A stretch of DNA of 63,752 nt, filler included, from Hausera hauseri (lineage: Eukaryota): NCBI GenBank assembly GCA_046269625.1. It is 10 parts of 10 records of this genome, joined end to end, with 100 filler letters (N's around TTAATTAATTAA, not from the genome) between each part and the next. Parts side by side here need not be neighbours in the genome. Positions count along the whole stretch, not along the records: positions 1 to 6,226 come from JBJURY010122873.1; positions 6,327 to 11,961 come from JBJURY010216299.1; 8 more parts are not named here. One strand, written 5' to 3'. Below the pieces are notes generated by a model, which was given only the letters and a program-made list of their open reading frames with translations, was not told the DNA's origin and did no database searches. Made by a program: the position numbers and the translations under genes. This document shows, piece by piece, positions 1-11,500 of the stretch (positions within the stretch are counted from its first letter, which is position 1; every line of letters starts with the position of its first letter).

Positions 1-213
1 ATAAATGCAAATATTGAAATTAAAAATTATGTGATGTTGATTTTAGATATGATTGATAAGTTTATTTATAATTAGTGCATTTATATATGTGAGTGATTTT
101 ATGTATGTGTTCATGTATTGCATTTATTGTGTGTATAGGGAGTAAAATTAAATAGGAACGGCAATTTGAGTAGGGAACTAGAGAAATAAACGAATTGAAT
201 AGCAGGTAGTAAA

Positions 214-1224
214 ATGGGTAAAAAAAAGACTAAACAAAACTCTACAAAACAACATACGATGCAAACTCGAAATCAAAGACAGCGAACCCCATCCCCCATC
301 CCAAGTGTTTACGAAAACGAAGTAAATCGATCAGATATTGAAGAAATTATGAACCAAATGCCAGAGGAAGTAATGCCGCCAAAAAATACTAAGATAAAGA
401 TGATAGCCGCACCCAAAGCTGTAGATTTAGTTCGGAAATTTAGCGGATTGCCAGGGGAGAATTTAGATCATTTTATATTAAATATCGAGGACGTAGCAGA
501 GCAATATGGATGGAGTGAAAAAGATAAAGTATTTGCATTAAAAACAAAGGTAGGCGGGGACGCAGGTAAATATATCATGGATGACGCTGTAACATATAGA
601 ACAGGGTCATTTGAGGAGATTAGTGAATTATTAAAAAATTTTTATCCAACCACAAAAACTTTAATACAAGCGATGGATGAGTTTACTGCGTTAAAACATA
701 CACCGGGGATGACGGTTCCACAATTGTGCCACCTGATAAAAAAGAAAGCAAAAGCATATGTTGGGCAAGATCCCAATGAAAATAGTGATTCCCGCAAACT
801 GCAAAATGTGATGTTGTCAAAATTATTAGAAATAGTAAGGCCCGACATAAGAAGGGAACTTCGTAAAGAGGAATTTCAGAACTTTGAACAAGCAGCAAAG
901 AGGGCAACATTTTTGGATCGCAGCATGGAGAAGGAAGACCATGTAGAGGTTAATTATATCCCAATTCAATACAGACAACCGCAAAAACAGGGGGCGTATA
1001 ATAAAAAAAATGAAAATTATAATTATGGACAAAATAGAGAAAATAGGGGAAATAATATTCGCAGAGAGGAAAGGGAAAAATGCCAAATATGTTTCAAAAT
1101 AGGGCATACCGCGCGTCAATGTTGGGAGTTGGAACAGAATAGACAGTGGGATAGGAGACGAAATACAAATAATCGAACTAGGTACCAACAGAACAGTAAT
1201 AACAAATTTAGACCTTTAAACTGA
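214..1224 (+). CDS. gag: Ty3/Gypsy Gag with CCHC zinc knuckle
   Basis: 336-aa ORF; capsid-like region (KFSGLPGENLDHFI...YGWSEKDK); CQICFKIGHTARQC = CX2CX4HX4C; directly upstream of pol. Confidence 0.93.
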   Translation: MGKKKTKQNSTKQHTMQTRNQRQRTPSPIPSVYENEVNRSDIEEIMNQMPEEVMPPKNTKIKMIAAPKAVDLVRKFSGLPGENLDHFILNIEDVAEQYGWSEKDKVFALKTKVGGDAGKYIMDDAVTYRTGSFEEISELLKNFYPTTKTLIQAMDEFTALKHTPGMTVPQLCHLIKKKAKAYVGQDPNENSDSRKLQNVMLSKLLEIVRPDIRRELRKEEFQNFEQAAKRATFLDRSMEKEDHVEVNYIPIQYRQPQKQGAYNKKNENYNYGQNRENRGNNIRREEREKCQICFKIGHTARQCWELEQNRQWDRRRNTNNRTRYQQNSNNKFRPLN

Positions 1225-1302
1225 GACAGGGGTATCCGCGAAAGTATCGAAATGTGGGGTGGAGAGAAAATTATAGATATACGAGGAAATACTGGGTACC
1301 CC
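1215..1302 (+). promoter_or_regulatory. -1 programmed ribosomal frameshift signal (slippery T TTA AAC plus downstream stem)
   Basis: TTTAAAC at 1215-1221 in gag phase just before the gag TGA; -1 frame is open from 1221 into pol; GGGGTATCC (1229-1237) can pair with GGGTACCCC (1294-1302) after a 7-nt spacer. Confidence 0.8.
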
Positions 1303-4300
1303 GTACAAATGATCAGAAAACATTACACGGCGACAAATATAGGATTAAATATGAGAATCGGTGGGATTACAAAAAAGAAGGGCATAATAAACAAATAGCA
1401 GGAAAAATACAAAATAGGTTTGCAGATAATAATAGATGCGGAGAAAATAAACAGAATGGAGAGGACAAGCAAATTACACACATGATGTCAGTGAATAATA
1501 TAAAAAATCAAGCAGCAGAATTACCAATTATCAACATAAAGATAAATAATGACTTGTGGCCCGCATTAATTGATTCTGGGGCGCAGGTATCCCTAATAGC
1601 GAATGAGGTGTTTGAGCAAATAAAACAAAAGATAAAAATTACGTACCTATCCAGAACAATTCGAATACAAACGCTAACAAAACAGAATATTGAATTTATC
1701 AAAACCATTCAATTCTCAATAAAAATAGGTAACCGTAATTGTAAGGCCATTTGTTGTGTGACAACACAACCAATAAGTAATGAATACAAAATAATATTAG
1801 GATATGACTTCATGAAATTAAATAATATCACACTAAACGCCGAAAACGAAACACTCATAATTAACCGCGAAATAATTAGCCTAAGAGAGGAAGAAATCCG
1901 TGTAAATAATGCTATTTGTGCTGTAGATAAGAAAGATGACAAAATACAACAGAATGAAAAGATAACGAAAACAAACTTCGCAAGGCTAGACAAAAAAATA
2001 ATCTTACAACCCAAAGAAAAAAGAATTTTGACACTGACGTTAGACAACCCAATTGAGAAACGAGAAAAAATTAAAATAGTGGACGAAACGAATGGGTTAA
2101 TCGATAAGCAGGGAGACAATATAATCATAAAGAACAACGTCAACATTAAAACTACATTAACAAATAACACAGACCAGAAAATTCACTTAAACAAGAAGAT
2201 GAAAATTGCACGAATCGAACAAACGCACGAACACCAAATAAAACAGGAGAACAATCAGAAAGAGAGGGAAACACAAATAAACAATATACAGGAACTAACA
2301 TTAGAGAAAATCAGAGACATGCGTAAAAAAGAATTACACAGAGAAGATTTTAAAATTGATCATTTAGACGTCAGCGATAGGGAAGAAATTTTACAAATAT
2401 TATTACAAAATTATGCAGCTTTCTCGAAGTCTTACCAGACTTTAGGCGTAACGCGGGTTGTAGTGCCAAAAATTAGATTGACACACAACTACCCAATAAA
2501 TTGTAAACCGTATCCATTAGCAAGAAATTTACAACCCAAGGCGGAGGCAGAGATAAGAGAACTCATTGAGGCAGGTATATTAAAACCATCCCAATCACCC
2601 TACGCGTTCCCTGTAATTTTTATCAAAAAACAAAAAAAAGAATCCCAAGAACAACAATATCGTATGGCAACTGATTTTCGAATGTTAAACCATTACACAG
2701 AGATTTACCAGAGTTACATACCTAGAATAAATGATATTTTACAAGAATTAGCCCAATTTAAAATATACGCACAGATGGATTTGAAAAGTGCATTCTTTCA
2801 GATCGAACTACCTGAGTGTGAACAAGAGAAATGTGCGATAATAACAAGTCTAGGTTTGCTCCAGCCGTCTCGTCTTCCGTTTGGGCTCAAGAATTCGGCC
2901 AGTTATTTTAATGAATTAATGCAGAAAGTACTAGGAAATCTACGCCATGAAAATATATTGTTCTACCTTGACGACATCATAATTGCAGCAAACGAAATAG
3001 AAGAATTAAAAAGAAAAATTAAGATAGTGTTACAACGACTAATAACATACAATTTAACATTAGACCCTGCAAAAACGGTAATCGCAACAGATAAAATACA
3101 ATGTTTGGGTTTTGAAGTAAGGTACCAAAGTATCACTCCCGCCGAAAAAAATATAGCAAAGATCCACAATTTCCGTCCACCAAAGTCCGTTAAGGAGGTG
3201 CAATCGTTCTTAGGAATGACAAATTATTTTCGACACCTCGTACCAAACTATGCAGATAAGATAGAAAGATTGACCCAATTAACAAGAAAAGATAAGGAAT
3301 TTAAATGGACTACAGAATGTGAAGAAAGCTTTCAAACATTAAAAAATATCATTATGGCAAAACCCAAAATAGCAGCAGTAGACATGAATAACATGTTCTA
3401 CCTGACGACAGATGGTTCAAAAACGGCAATCAGTGGGATACTGACGCAACATATTAATGGAAAAGAAATGCCGATAAAATTTTTTAGCAGAACATTAAAA
3501 CCGACAGAGAAACGTTACCCCAGTATGAAGTTAGAACTACTAGCAATTTATGAGTCGGTACGATTTTTTCATGACTATCTACACAATTCCAAATTCGTAT
3601 TACAAAGCGATGCGCGATCATTAGGTATGGCAGTAAAGATCGACAAACAATGCGATGCGGTAGCGAGATGGTTATTATATCTGAGTCAATTCACATTTAG
3701 GTTCATCCACATAAAGGGGGAAAACAATCCCGCAGACGTCTTCTCAAGGTTTGTAATTCCGGAAACAAAAGTTAATAATATAGTTACCAAATTATTCGAT
3801 TCAAGAAATGAATTAGATTTAGAAAAAATAAAAGAACACCAACGGAAGGACCCAAAAATCACAACCATTATGTTGAAGATTCAAGGAGTTAAAGTAAAAC
3901 CAAAACACTTTCAGGAGTACAAGATTGATGATAAGGGAGTTTTGCGATATACAATAGAAAATACAGAGACTAAACAAAAAAGAGACGTAATAGTACTACC
4001 AAACACTCTTATCACACCTGCAATAAAAACAGCACACGCCACACATTTCGGATTCCATAAAACACTAGACTTTATTAAACGAAATTACACATGGGCAGGC
4101 ATGCACGACGATGTGCGCGAATTTGTAGCAAATTGTGAAACTTGTATCCAATATAAAACAAGACAGATAAATAAACCAAAATTACAACACATGGAGAGGT
4201 GCGATGCACCAAATCAAATGATTTCTGTGGATTTAATTGGCCCATTACCAAGATCAAATGGTGGACATAGGTTTGTGCTGACTGTAATTGATTATTTTTC

Positions 4301-5786
4301 GAGATACTTAGAAGTCTACCCATTGCGAAACAGTTCAGCAGAGCAAATAGTACAATGTTTAACGCGTTATTTTTCATCTTTTGGCTTAGTTGATAGGGTA
4401 CTTTCAGATAATGGCAGACAATTTGTTTCAGACGTATACAGACAATTTTTAAAATCTCTAGGGATACAATATCGCTACACTTCTAAATATTTTCCACAGA
4501 CGAATGGGATCGTGGAGAGATCTCACAAGACTTATAAACAAGCTATGAAATGCTTAGCGGCCGAATCTTATGATTGGCACATGGCGTTATTCTGGATCAA
4601 ATCATGCTATAATGCATCACAACATTCAGCTACAAAATTCTGTCCCAACCTCTTATTCTTTGGACGCGATGTCCGCGTACCGACCGATCCGAATACGAAT
4701 GACAGTCAGGAAGAATGGCAGTATATTTTCGACCAGGCGGATAATATGGATATAGACAAATTCAGAAAATACTTTGCAAAACATATAAAGCAATATATAG
4801 AGACCAAGAATAAAGCATATATTTTTCAAAAACGGACACAAGAAAAGGAAATAGCGAGTAGTAAGGATAACCCAGAGAGGAAACTGGAAATTGGAGACGT
4901 GGCTTTTATAAAAAATTTTACGAGAAGAGACGCCTTTGATAAACATTATACAGGACCATATAGAGTGTTGCAATTAATCAGAAATAACAATGTATTATTG
5001 CAAAGCATGACTGAACCAACGGCGAAACCATTCCATATTAATAGAAATCATGTGATAAGGAAAGGAATCATAAAGCATAAGAATGCACGCGAAAATAAAG
5101 AGGCACAATCCCAACAAAATCCACAGACAGAAAATATGAATAAAAGTACAAAATCAACTCCACAAACAGAGAACAAGAAAAGCCACGATTATAATTTACG
5201 ACCCAGAAATAAAGATAACGAAATTCACAAGGTAGGTAAATCACACGAAGAGGTACAAAAGTTAGTTCAAAATTGCATACATAAAAGTAATCAAACTGAT
5301 AGCGAGGGATTAAATAAAAGCAGTGAGCGTAAAGATAAAAATCACATAAGAGAACAGTTAGGGGCAAATACCGCAAGAGCTTTAAAAGAACAACATAAAA
5401 TGGAAAACAAAATTAAACGAACGAATGAATCAACAGAGCACAGGCAAAGTCAATTACAAAACAACAATAAAACAACACAGTACAGAGGCTATCAAAGTAT
5501 TTCGCTAAACACAAGACAACAAAGATTTCAAAACAAGTGGAACAACAGGCCATATAACCAGAATCAGATTCACCAAAAAACACTACAAGTATCCCAAAAA
5601 GATAATAATAGTTACTACGACCAAGAAAAGATTCAGAGAAAGAAAAAAGATAATAATAGTAACCCACATCAATTAAATGAACAAAAACCACGAAGTTTTC
5701 GTAGACAACAGAATGATAGGTATTATAACAGAAACAAAGAATATGAGAGTAGGTATGGGCGACATTGCGAATTCAGAAGATATTAA
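1221..5786 (+). CDS. pol: Ty3/Gypsy Pol polyprotein (PR-RT-RNase H-IN), intact, with long low-complexity C-terminal tail
   Basis: ALIDSGAQVS (protease), LPFGLKNS and FYLDDIII (RT), TTDGSKTAISG (RNase H), H..H..C..C, VDLIGP, SDNG, NGIVER (integrase), YTGPYRVL (GPY); domain order is Gypsy-type. Confidence 0.96.
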   Translation: MRQGYPRKYRNVGWRENYRYTRKYWVPRTNDQKTLHGDKYRIKYENRWDYKKEGHNKQIAGKIQNRFADNNRCGENKQNGEDKQITHMMSVNNIKNQAAELPIINIKINNDLWPALIDSGAQVSLIANEVFEQIKQKIKITYLSRTIRIQTLTKQNIEFIKTIQFSIKIGNRNCKAICCVTTQPISNEYKIILGYDFMKLNNITLNAENETLIINREIISLREEEIRVNNAICAVDKKDDKIQQNEKITKTNFARLDKKIILQPKEKRILTLTLDNPIEKREKIKIVDETNGLIDKQGDNIIIKNNVNIKTTLTNNTDQKIHLNKKMKIARIEQTHEHQIKQENNQKERETQINNIQELTLEKIRDMRKKELHREDFKIDHLDVSDREEILQILLQNYAAFSKSYQTLGVTRVVVPKIRLTHNYPINCKPYPLARNLQPKAEAEIRELIEAGILKPSQSPYAFPVIFIKKQKKESQEQQYRMATDFRMLNHYTEIYQSYIPRINDILQELAQFKIYAQMDLKSAFFQIELPECEQEKCAIITSLGLLQPSRLPFGLKNSASYFNELMQKVLGNLRHENILFYLDDIIIAANEIEELKRKIKIVLQRLITYNLTLDPAKTVIATDKIQCLGFEVRYQSITPAEKNIAKIHNFRPPKSVKEVQSFLGMTNYFRHLVPNYADKIERLTQLTRKDKEFKWTTECEESFQTLKNIIMAKPKIAAVDMNNMFYLTTDGSKTAISGILTQHINGKEMPIKFFSRTLKPTEKRYPSMKLELLAIYESVRFFHDYLHNSKFVLQSDARSLGMAVKIDKQCDAVARWLLYLSQFTFRFIHIKGENNPADVFSRFVIPETKVNNIVTKLFDSRNELDLEKIKEHQRKDPKITTIMLKIQGVKVKPKHFQEYKIDDKGVLRYTIENTETKQKRDVIVLPNTLITPAIKTAHATHFGFHKTLDFIKRNYTWAGMHDDVREFVANCETCIQYKTRQINKPKLQHMERCDAPNQMISVDLIGPLPRSNGGHRFVLTVIDYFSRYLEVYPLRNSSAEQIVQCLTRYFSSFGLVDRVLSDNGRQFVSDVYRQFLKSLGIQYRYTSKYFPQTNGIVERSHKTYKQAMKCLAAESYDWHMALFWIKSCYNASQHSATKFCPNLLFFGRDVRVPTDPNTNDSQEEWQYIFDQADNMDIDKFRKYFAKHIKQYIETKNKAYIFQKRTQEKEIASSKDNPERKLEIGDVAFIKNFTRRDAFDKHYTGPYRVLQLIRNNNVLLQSMTEPTAKPFHINRNHVIRKGIIKHKNARENKEAQSQQNPQTENMNKSTKSTPQTENKKSHDYNLRPRNKDNEIHKVGKSHEEVQKLVQNCIHKSNQTDSEGLNKSSERKDKNHIREQLGANTARALKEQHKMENKIKRTNESTEHRQSQLQNNNKTTQYRGYQSISLNTRQQRFQNKWNNRPYNQNQIHQKTLQVSQKDNNSYYDQEKIQRKKKDNNSNPHQLNEQKPRSFRRQQNDRYYNRNKEYESRYGRHCEFRRY

Positions 5787-6226
5787 CGGTAGGAGAAGAA
5801 AAAACAATTACAAAAACAGTTGCAAATAAAAATAACACGCAAAATAAAAATTTAACGATATCAGAAACGAAAACGGCTACAAACTCAGATACAACAAAAA
5901 ATCATAAAACACACATAAAAATTCCACAGTAAAAGAAAAAACAATTACAAAAATAGCTACAAACAAACATAATGCGCAAATAAAAAATCAAACGGTAACA
6001 GAAATAACAGAGAGCGCAAAAACAGCGACAAACAACCAAATTCAAAAAACAGAAGTAAACAATAAAGTGGTAAAAGAAACAGCAACGAATATACAAAGTG
6101 AGTTAAAAAATCAAAATCATAATACGGAAATGCACAACGAAAAGAAAAGCAAACAAATAGTTCATAAAAAGAGAAATTCGGAAACCGCAGCAGAAAAAAG
6201 AAAATTATTAAAACGATTAGACCAGT

Positions 6227-6326
6227 NNNNNNNNNNNNNNNNNNNNNNNNNNNNNNNNNNNNNNNNNNNNTTAATTAATTAANNNNNNNNNNNNNNNNNN
6301 NNNNNNNNNNNNNNNNNNNNNNNNNN
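6227..6326. other. Artificial contig spacer N44-TTAATTAATTAA-N44 (first of nine; others start at 11962, 18288, 23389, 27593, 40104, 45038, 49420, 53617)
   Basis: Identical 100-nt N-flanked linker with stops in all six frames. Confidence 0.99.
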
Positions 6327-6509
6327 TACACAATATTTATATACAATATTTATTTAAATAATAATACTCTTTTGCCTGCTAGAAGGGAATATTGTAGAAG
6401 TGTGAGATGACGTAAATATCTTTACAAAAGTTATTTGCAAGGACATTTTAAAAATTTGTAAATTGAGGAAACATATACACTGAATCGTCGAGATTGTCAT
6501 CCAGGAATT

Positions 6510-6790
6510 CCTGGATGATAAAATATTTTTGTTGATGTAGGTCTATAAATCTAAAACGGATGGATACAAGAATTGATGACTTCCCGTAACATTTTGTCTG
6601 TCATTACATGAAAATATCTGGAAACTGGCCGCACAGTGCTTTCATCACAACTTACATGACTGTATGGCATTCATCATATGGACTTTTTAACATTATACTG
6701 TTCATCGTAAATTTCAGAAGCCGTAAATCCAACAGTTCCCAGCATCGTATCCAAAATCGCCAAGCTTAACACTGAGATATCTATCCGTTG
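6510..6790 (-). pseudogene. Ser/Thr protein kinase C-lobe fragment (WNK-like), frameshifted
   Basis: Minus strand reads SVKLGDFG (6773-6750), then MLGTVGFTASEIYDEQY (activation segment/APE-like), then LREVINSCI...RPTSTKIFYHP. Confidence 0.6.
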
Positions 6791-6816
6791 TTTGCTTTCT
6801 AAAATGAGAGAGTCAC

Positions 6817-9800
6817 ATGTTGGAGAGATTGCTATCTCCGCTTGAAGTTGAATTTTCGCTTCTGAGGAAACGAGCTGTGTCCGCGATCGTGGAGTCACAT
6901 CATCCTCCCTGTGGCCAGATGAAGACTATAAAGAGAAGAATAAATAGACATTATAGTAGGAAAAGGAAAAATTTGTACTTATTCGGTTTTGGTCCGTGTT
7001 AGACGTTGGACTCCGTCTATGAACTTCTCCCTGCTGTAAGTACTAAACGTCACATGATGTGATCTGTTAGATGTTACTGGTGCTTGTGGAGTTATTTCAG
7101 GGAGCGATACTGTGGATTTTGTGGTGCCTTGGGAAGATGCTTCATGAAGAGGAGAGAGTGGAGTAGAAACTGAAAAAGGAAAAGGATCATGCGAAGAAGA
7201 CGTGACTGGAGATGGCAGAGAATCGTGCGATGAAGGTAAAATGAGTACTGGATGTGCAGGCGATGACAGAGAGGCAGTTAATGAGGGAGCAGTGGATGAT
7301 GACGGAAGCGAAGAAAGCTGATTGTGACGCGAGAGTGAATGCTGCAAAGGATTAAACTCATCAAGGAAATTAGACGATGGCTCGAGGGTAGAGAAGTTAG
7401 AGTTGGGATTTGAAACAATGCTGTTATTCTGGTCATCGTCAACAAAGAAGGCTGGCTTAAAATTATAAATGTGTACGTTTTGAAAATTGTCCTTGCGTAA
7501 AATAGTAGCGGTGTGCGAAGAAAGGTTCAGTAATCTGTAAGGGCCAACGTATTGGGGCCAAAAACCAGAAGGTGACGGATCCTTCAGCCATACAAACTTG
7601 GCTAAGTATAAGTCCTCTGGGATATAAGATTTGTCTTTATTCATAAAACGGCAGAAGGCATTTGAGTTGACACCAGCAAAGTGGGACTGTGCCGCACGAA
7701 TAACTTCATCTGACGGACTTTCATCAAGATTAGAGAGCTCAAATAGTGCACGAACTGGTGTCCCAAAGAGAGCCTCAGCTGGAGCACAGCCTGTGGTGGT
7801 GGATGGCATGTTGCGCCAACCAAGTAGGACAAGAGGAAGAATTGAGGTCCAGTTATGATTGTTGTTTGACAGGATTTTTAAGGAAATCTTTATGGTGCGA
7901 TGAAATCTCTTAAGTAAACCATTTGCTTGGGGATGGAACGGCATCGTATGAAGATGGGCTATCCCCAATGGCTTTACAAGAGATTTGAAAAGATTAGCTT
8001 CCAATTTCGGACCCTGGTGCGTTATTATGTGACGTGGTGAACCAAAACGGCTTACCCACATCTTGATAAATGCATCTGCTACTAAGTCATTGTTGGTTGA
8101 TCGAAGCGGAACGGCTTCCGGCCAGCGAGAAGCGCGATCCATCATGGATCAGATATATTGATAGCCGTTATCGGATAGTAATGGACCGACAAGATCCAAA
8201 TGAACAGTGTCAAAACGAGATGTGTAAGGGATGTGGTAAAGTGGTGGTTCGAGGTGTTTGTGAACCTTGTATTGCTGGCATGCTGCACATCCCCTAACCC
8301 AGATTTGTACATCTGTACGCATAGTTGGCCATACAACGTGGTGTTGCAGTAGACGGAATGTGGCTTTAGAACCCGGATGATGAAGATAGTGAAAGTGATT
8401 GAAAGCTGTCTTTTGTAAGGACGGAGAAAGAATGATTTTCTGGTTGGTCGAGTTTGAAGTGTCATAAGTGATGCCATCGATGATTTGAACAGATTTGAAA
8501 GCTTGGAAAATGTCAGATGATGGCTGATTGCTTCTCAGGACATCGAGGGAGAAAATTGGCTGAACTGTAATTGAGTTAACCGACCGCGAAAGAAAGTCCA
8601 CTACTAAATTTTCGGTACCTAAAATATATTTCATGGAAAAACTAAATGTTGACAGGTATGATATATGTCGTTTTTGTCTGGTTGAAGGCTGTTTCAAAGT
8701 CATTATGTGAAGTAGAGGCTTATGGTCGGTTTGGATGGTAAATTGACGTGAAAGAAGCAAGTGCTTGAAATGCTTTACCGCTAGAACTACGGCCAGGAGT
8801 TCACGATTGAATGTTGAGCATCGACTTTCCGGTTGTGTGAGCTCTCGAGAATAGAATTCTAATGGTTCATCGACGCCATTATATATTTGGTGTATTATCG
8901 CACCAGTTGCTGTGGTTGAGGACTCGGTAGTTAATATCAGTTCCGCGTTTGGTTTTGGAAAAGCCAAGATTTCAACGGATTTTAGACCTTCACAAAGGAT
9001 ATCAAATTGGTTTACTAGATCGGGAGTCCAATGGATTAATTGTCTATTCTTCCCAGACGAGAGGTGTGCGAAAGGTGCCGTTAGTTCGGAGCACTGTGGC
9101 ACCTATTTGTGTACAAAACGCAGTGTCCATAGAAAACTGCTCATATCGGTAGTAGTAGTTGGCAACGTCACATTTTTTAATTGTTGTAAGCGATCAGGCT
9201 GGGGCGAGTGCCTTTCGAAAATAATTATGTGGCCTAAGAAGTTGACGCGCTTCTGGAAAAAATTGCACTTGGCGAAATTAATTTGCAAATTGCTTTGATG
9301 CAATCTGTAGAAAATAATTCTAAGGTGTTTATGATGTTGTTTGATGGAGCTAAATGCGACTAATATGTCATCTATGTATGGGTCAGCAAAATCAAGACCA
9401 GAAAGAACGGTGTCAATGTGGCGCTGAAAGGTCTGAGATGCACTACGAAGGCCTAAAAGCATGAAGATGTACTCGTAAAGACCAAATGGTGTGATAACAG
9501 CAGTTTTTGGAATGTTATCAGGGGCAACAGGAATTTGATGGTAGGCTTTGTGCAGATCAATGGTAAAATACGTATTGGTGTTGTTGAGGCTATGAAGAAT
9601 ATCTTTAATGAGTGGTAGTGGATAGGCATCTGTAATAGTTAGATTGTTTAATTGTCGATAGTCGCCATATGGCCTATAGGTACCATCTTTCTTTACCACT
9701 ACATGAAGAGGAGAATTCCACTGTGAATTCGATCTTTGAATGATGCCAGACCTTTCCAGTTCATCAGATTCCTGTTCCACAGCTTTACATCTGCGTGGCG

Positions 9801-11500
9801 ACAGAGGTTGACCTTTTGTTTGATAGGCCTTTGATGCTCTACTACTATATGGTGATAAATTGTGGATGGAGGCTTGAAGTTGACGTTTCTTTTGACTATG
9901 CGAAAGAAAGACGTTGCAACGTATGACTTAAGATCGGAGTCTAGAGATAAAAGTGATTGAGGAATATCATTAGAAAGAACAGCTCCAGTGATGGACAAAA
10001 GGCAACTGGCATCGCTACTGTCGACGCCCAATTTGGATTTTTATTTCGGAATAGATTTATGATTGTCGTTCTTAATTAAAATATTACCGACTTTATGGAA
10101 AGTTTTTTTATAGATGACGAAGCGTTCAGCATGTTCACAGATGAGTGCAATGAATTGCTCGCTAAGTTGTCTACGAGACACATATTTGGAATTGCAATCG
10201 AGTTCCTGCTTAAAAGACAGCCGTATTTGCAATTGAACAATAGATCATGTGCGGCAGGAAATTCTGAGCCTATTATGGGATATTTAATGTTGGCCAAGTG
10301 GAACTTCCAGACAAATTTATATGGCAAGTTGGCGAATGTGAAAGTCAATTCCGTTGTTCCTGCAACGTGCAACGATTGACCACTGTCAGTGAAAAGCGGT
10401 GGACAGGAAATCATAGTCGATGTAAAACCGAAGGACAAGGGAAGGAGCTATAAGGCAGATCCTGAGTCTATAAGGAAGTCTATTTGTGAAGTATTTCTGC
10501 ATAACAATACAGCTTTCAACAGAAAGACTGCAGAGGCGGAGTTGAAACGGCCAGAAGATTGAGCGATATTGCCTGTGTCAGAGTGTGCCGTAAAATCTGG
10601 CGGAACTATTTGTTTTTTGAAGGTTTTGGAGAAAAGGAAGAAGAGGAATAAAAGCGAGGAGATTTATTGTTGTAATGTTTACAACCAGGCACGCATGATC
10701 TAGCCTGTGACTGGAACTTACTGTAACTGGAACTTGTGTTGTCCACAGCGTACCGTTCGCTGTAGAACCGATAATTCAAAAAGCACTTCCTAGCATCCCT
10801 TCGAAATCGCGTGTGATAGAGACAAGTCATGCGTCCGCCAGGTGAAATGGATCGAGCAGTCTGGAAATGTTTCTCTCCCTTGAAGGTCTGGTTTCACTTC
10901 GTCGAGGCCCATTAAGATTTTTTAGTTGGGTAGTAATGGCCGAAATCGACTGCTGTAACTTGTCAAACTGTTGCTGCATCATTTGCAATTGTTCAGTAAA
11001 AATGTTGTATCTGTAGTTGGAGTACAAGTGGTTGCAGCAGCAATAGGGAGAGAACTATTGGTATGAAGAATCTCAAAGGTTTTGTCAGCCATTATTGCCA
11101 GTTTTTCTATAGAAGTGGACTCGTCGACAACGGTGAGTAAAGCTCTGATTGAGGTGGGTAAAGATGATAAGAAACAACGGCAAATTAAATCCGCGTTATT
11201 CCTAGGTGTCACTCCCATCGCGCTGAGCTGCAGAGTGGCCGTTTGGAGAAATTCGGACGGCTTTTGGCTGTATTAAGGATGTATTATAAACTCTTGATAT
11301 GTGAAATAGAAATCAGAAGTGTTATATAATGAGGACAAAGCGTTATGTAAGAACTGCGCTGTCTCGTTGAGTGGAGCTTTTAAGATTGTAATGTGTTGAT
11401 TGTAACTAAAGACCAGGAAAGATAATTGTAATGAGGTCATCCCAGGGGAATGATGAAATGCACGGGGGCTTGGGCGGTTACCTTTTGGGTTAAGAAGTTG
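6817..11500 (-). mobile_element. Decayed Ty3/Gypsy LTR retrotransposon (CsRn1/Kabuki-like): gag, PR, RT, RNase H, IN, PPT and start of 3' LTR
   Basis: Gag CLYHTRFRRDARKC (CHCC-type), FLIDSGSA (~10480), YIDDILV, FYSREL, TDHKPL, HLDLVGPL, QANGLLKRFHR, YVGPYRL; several stops/frameshifts; PPT AGGGAGGA (~6903-6910) then TG at 6899. Confidence 0.92.

Noticed and set aside
642-6096. Many short antisense ORFs, some hydrophobic
   Set aside because: Shadows of the A-rich gag/pol strand; no independent motifs.
6227-6326. Recurrent TTAATTAATTAA motif flanked by Ns, and ORFs running through X residues
   Set aside because: Artificial concatenation linker; cross-spacer ORFs and gene neighbourhoods are meaningless.
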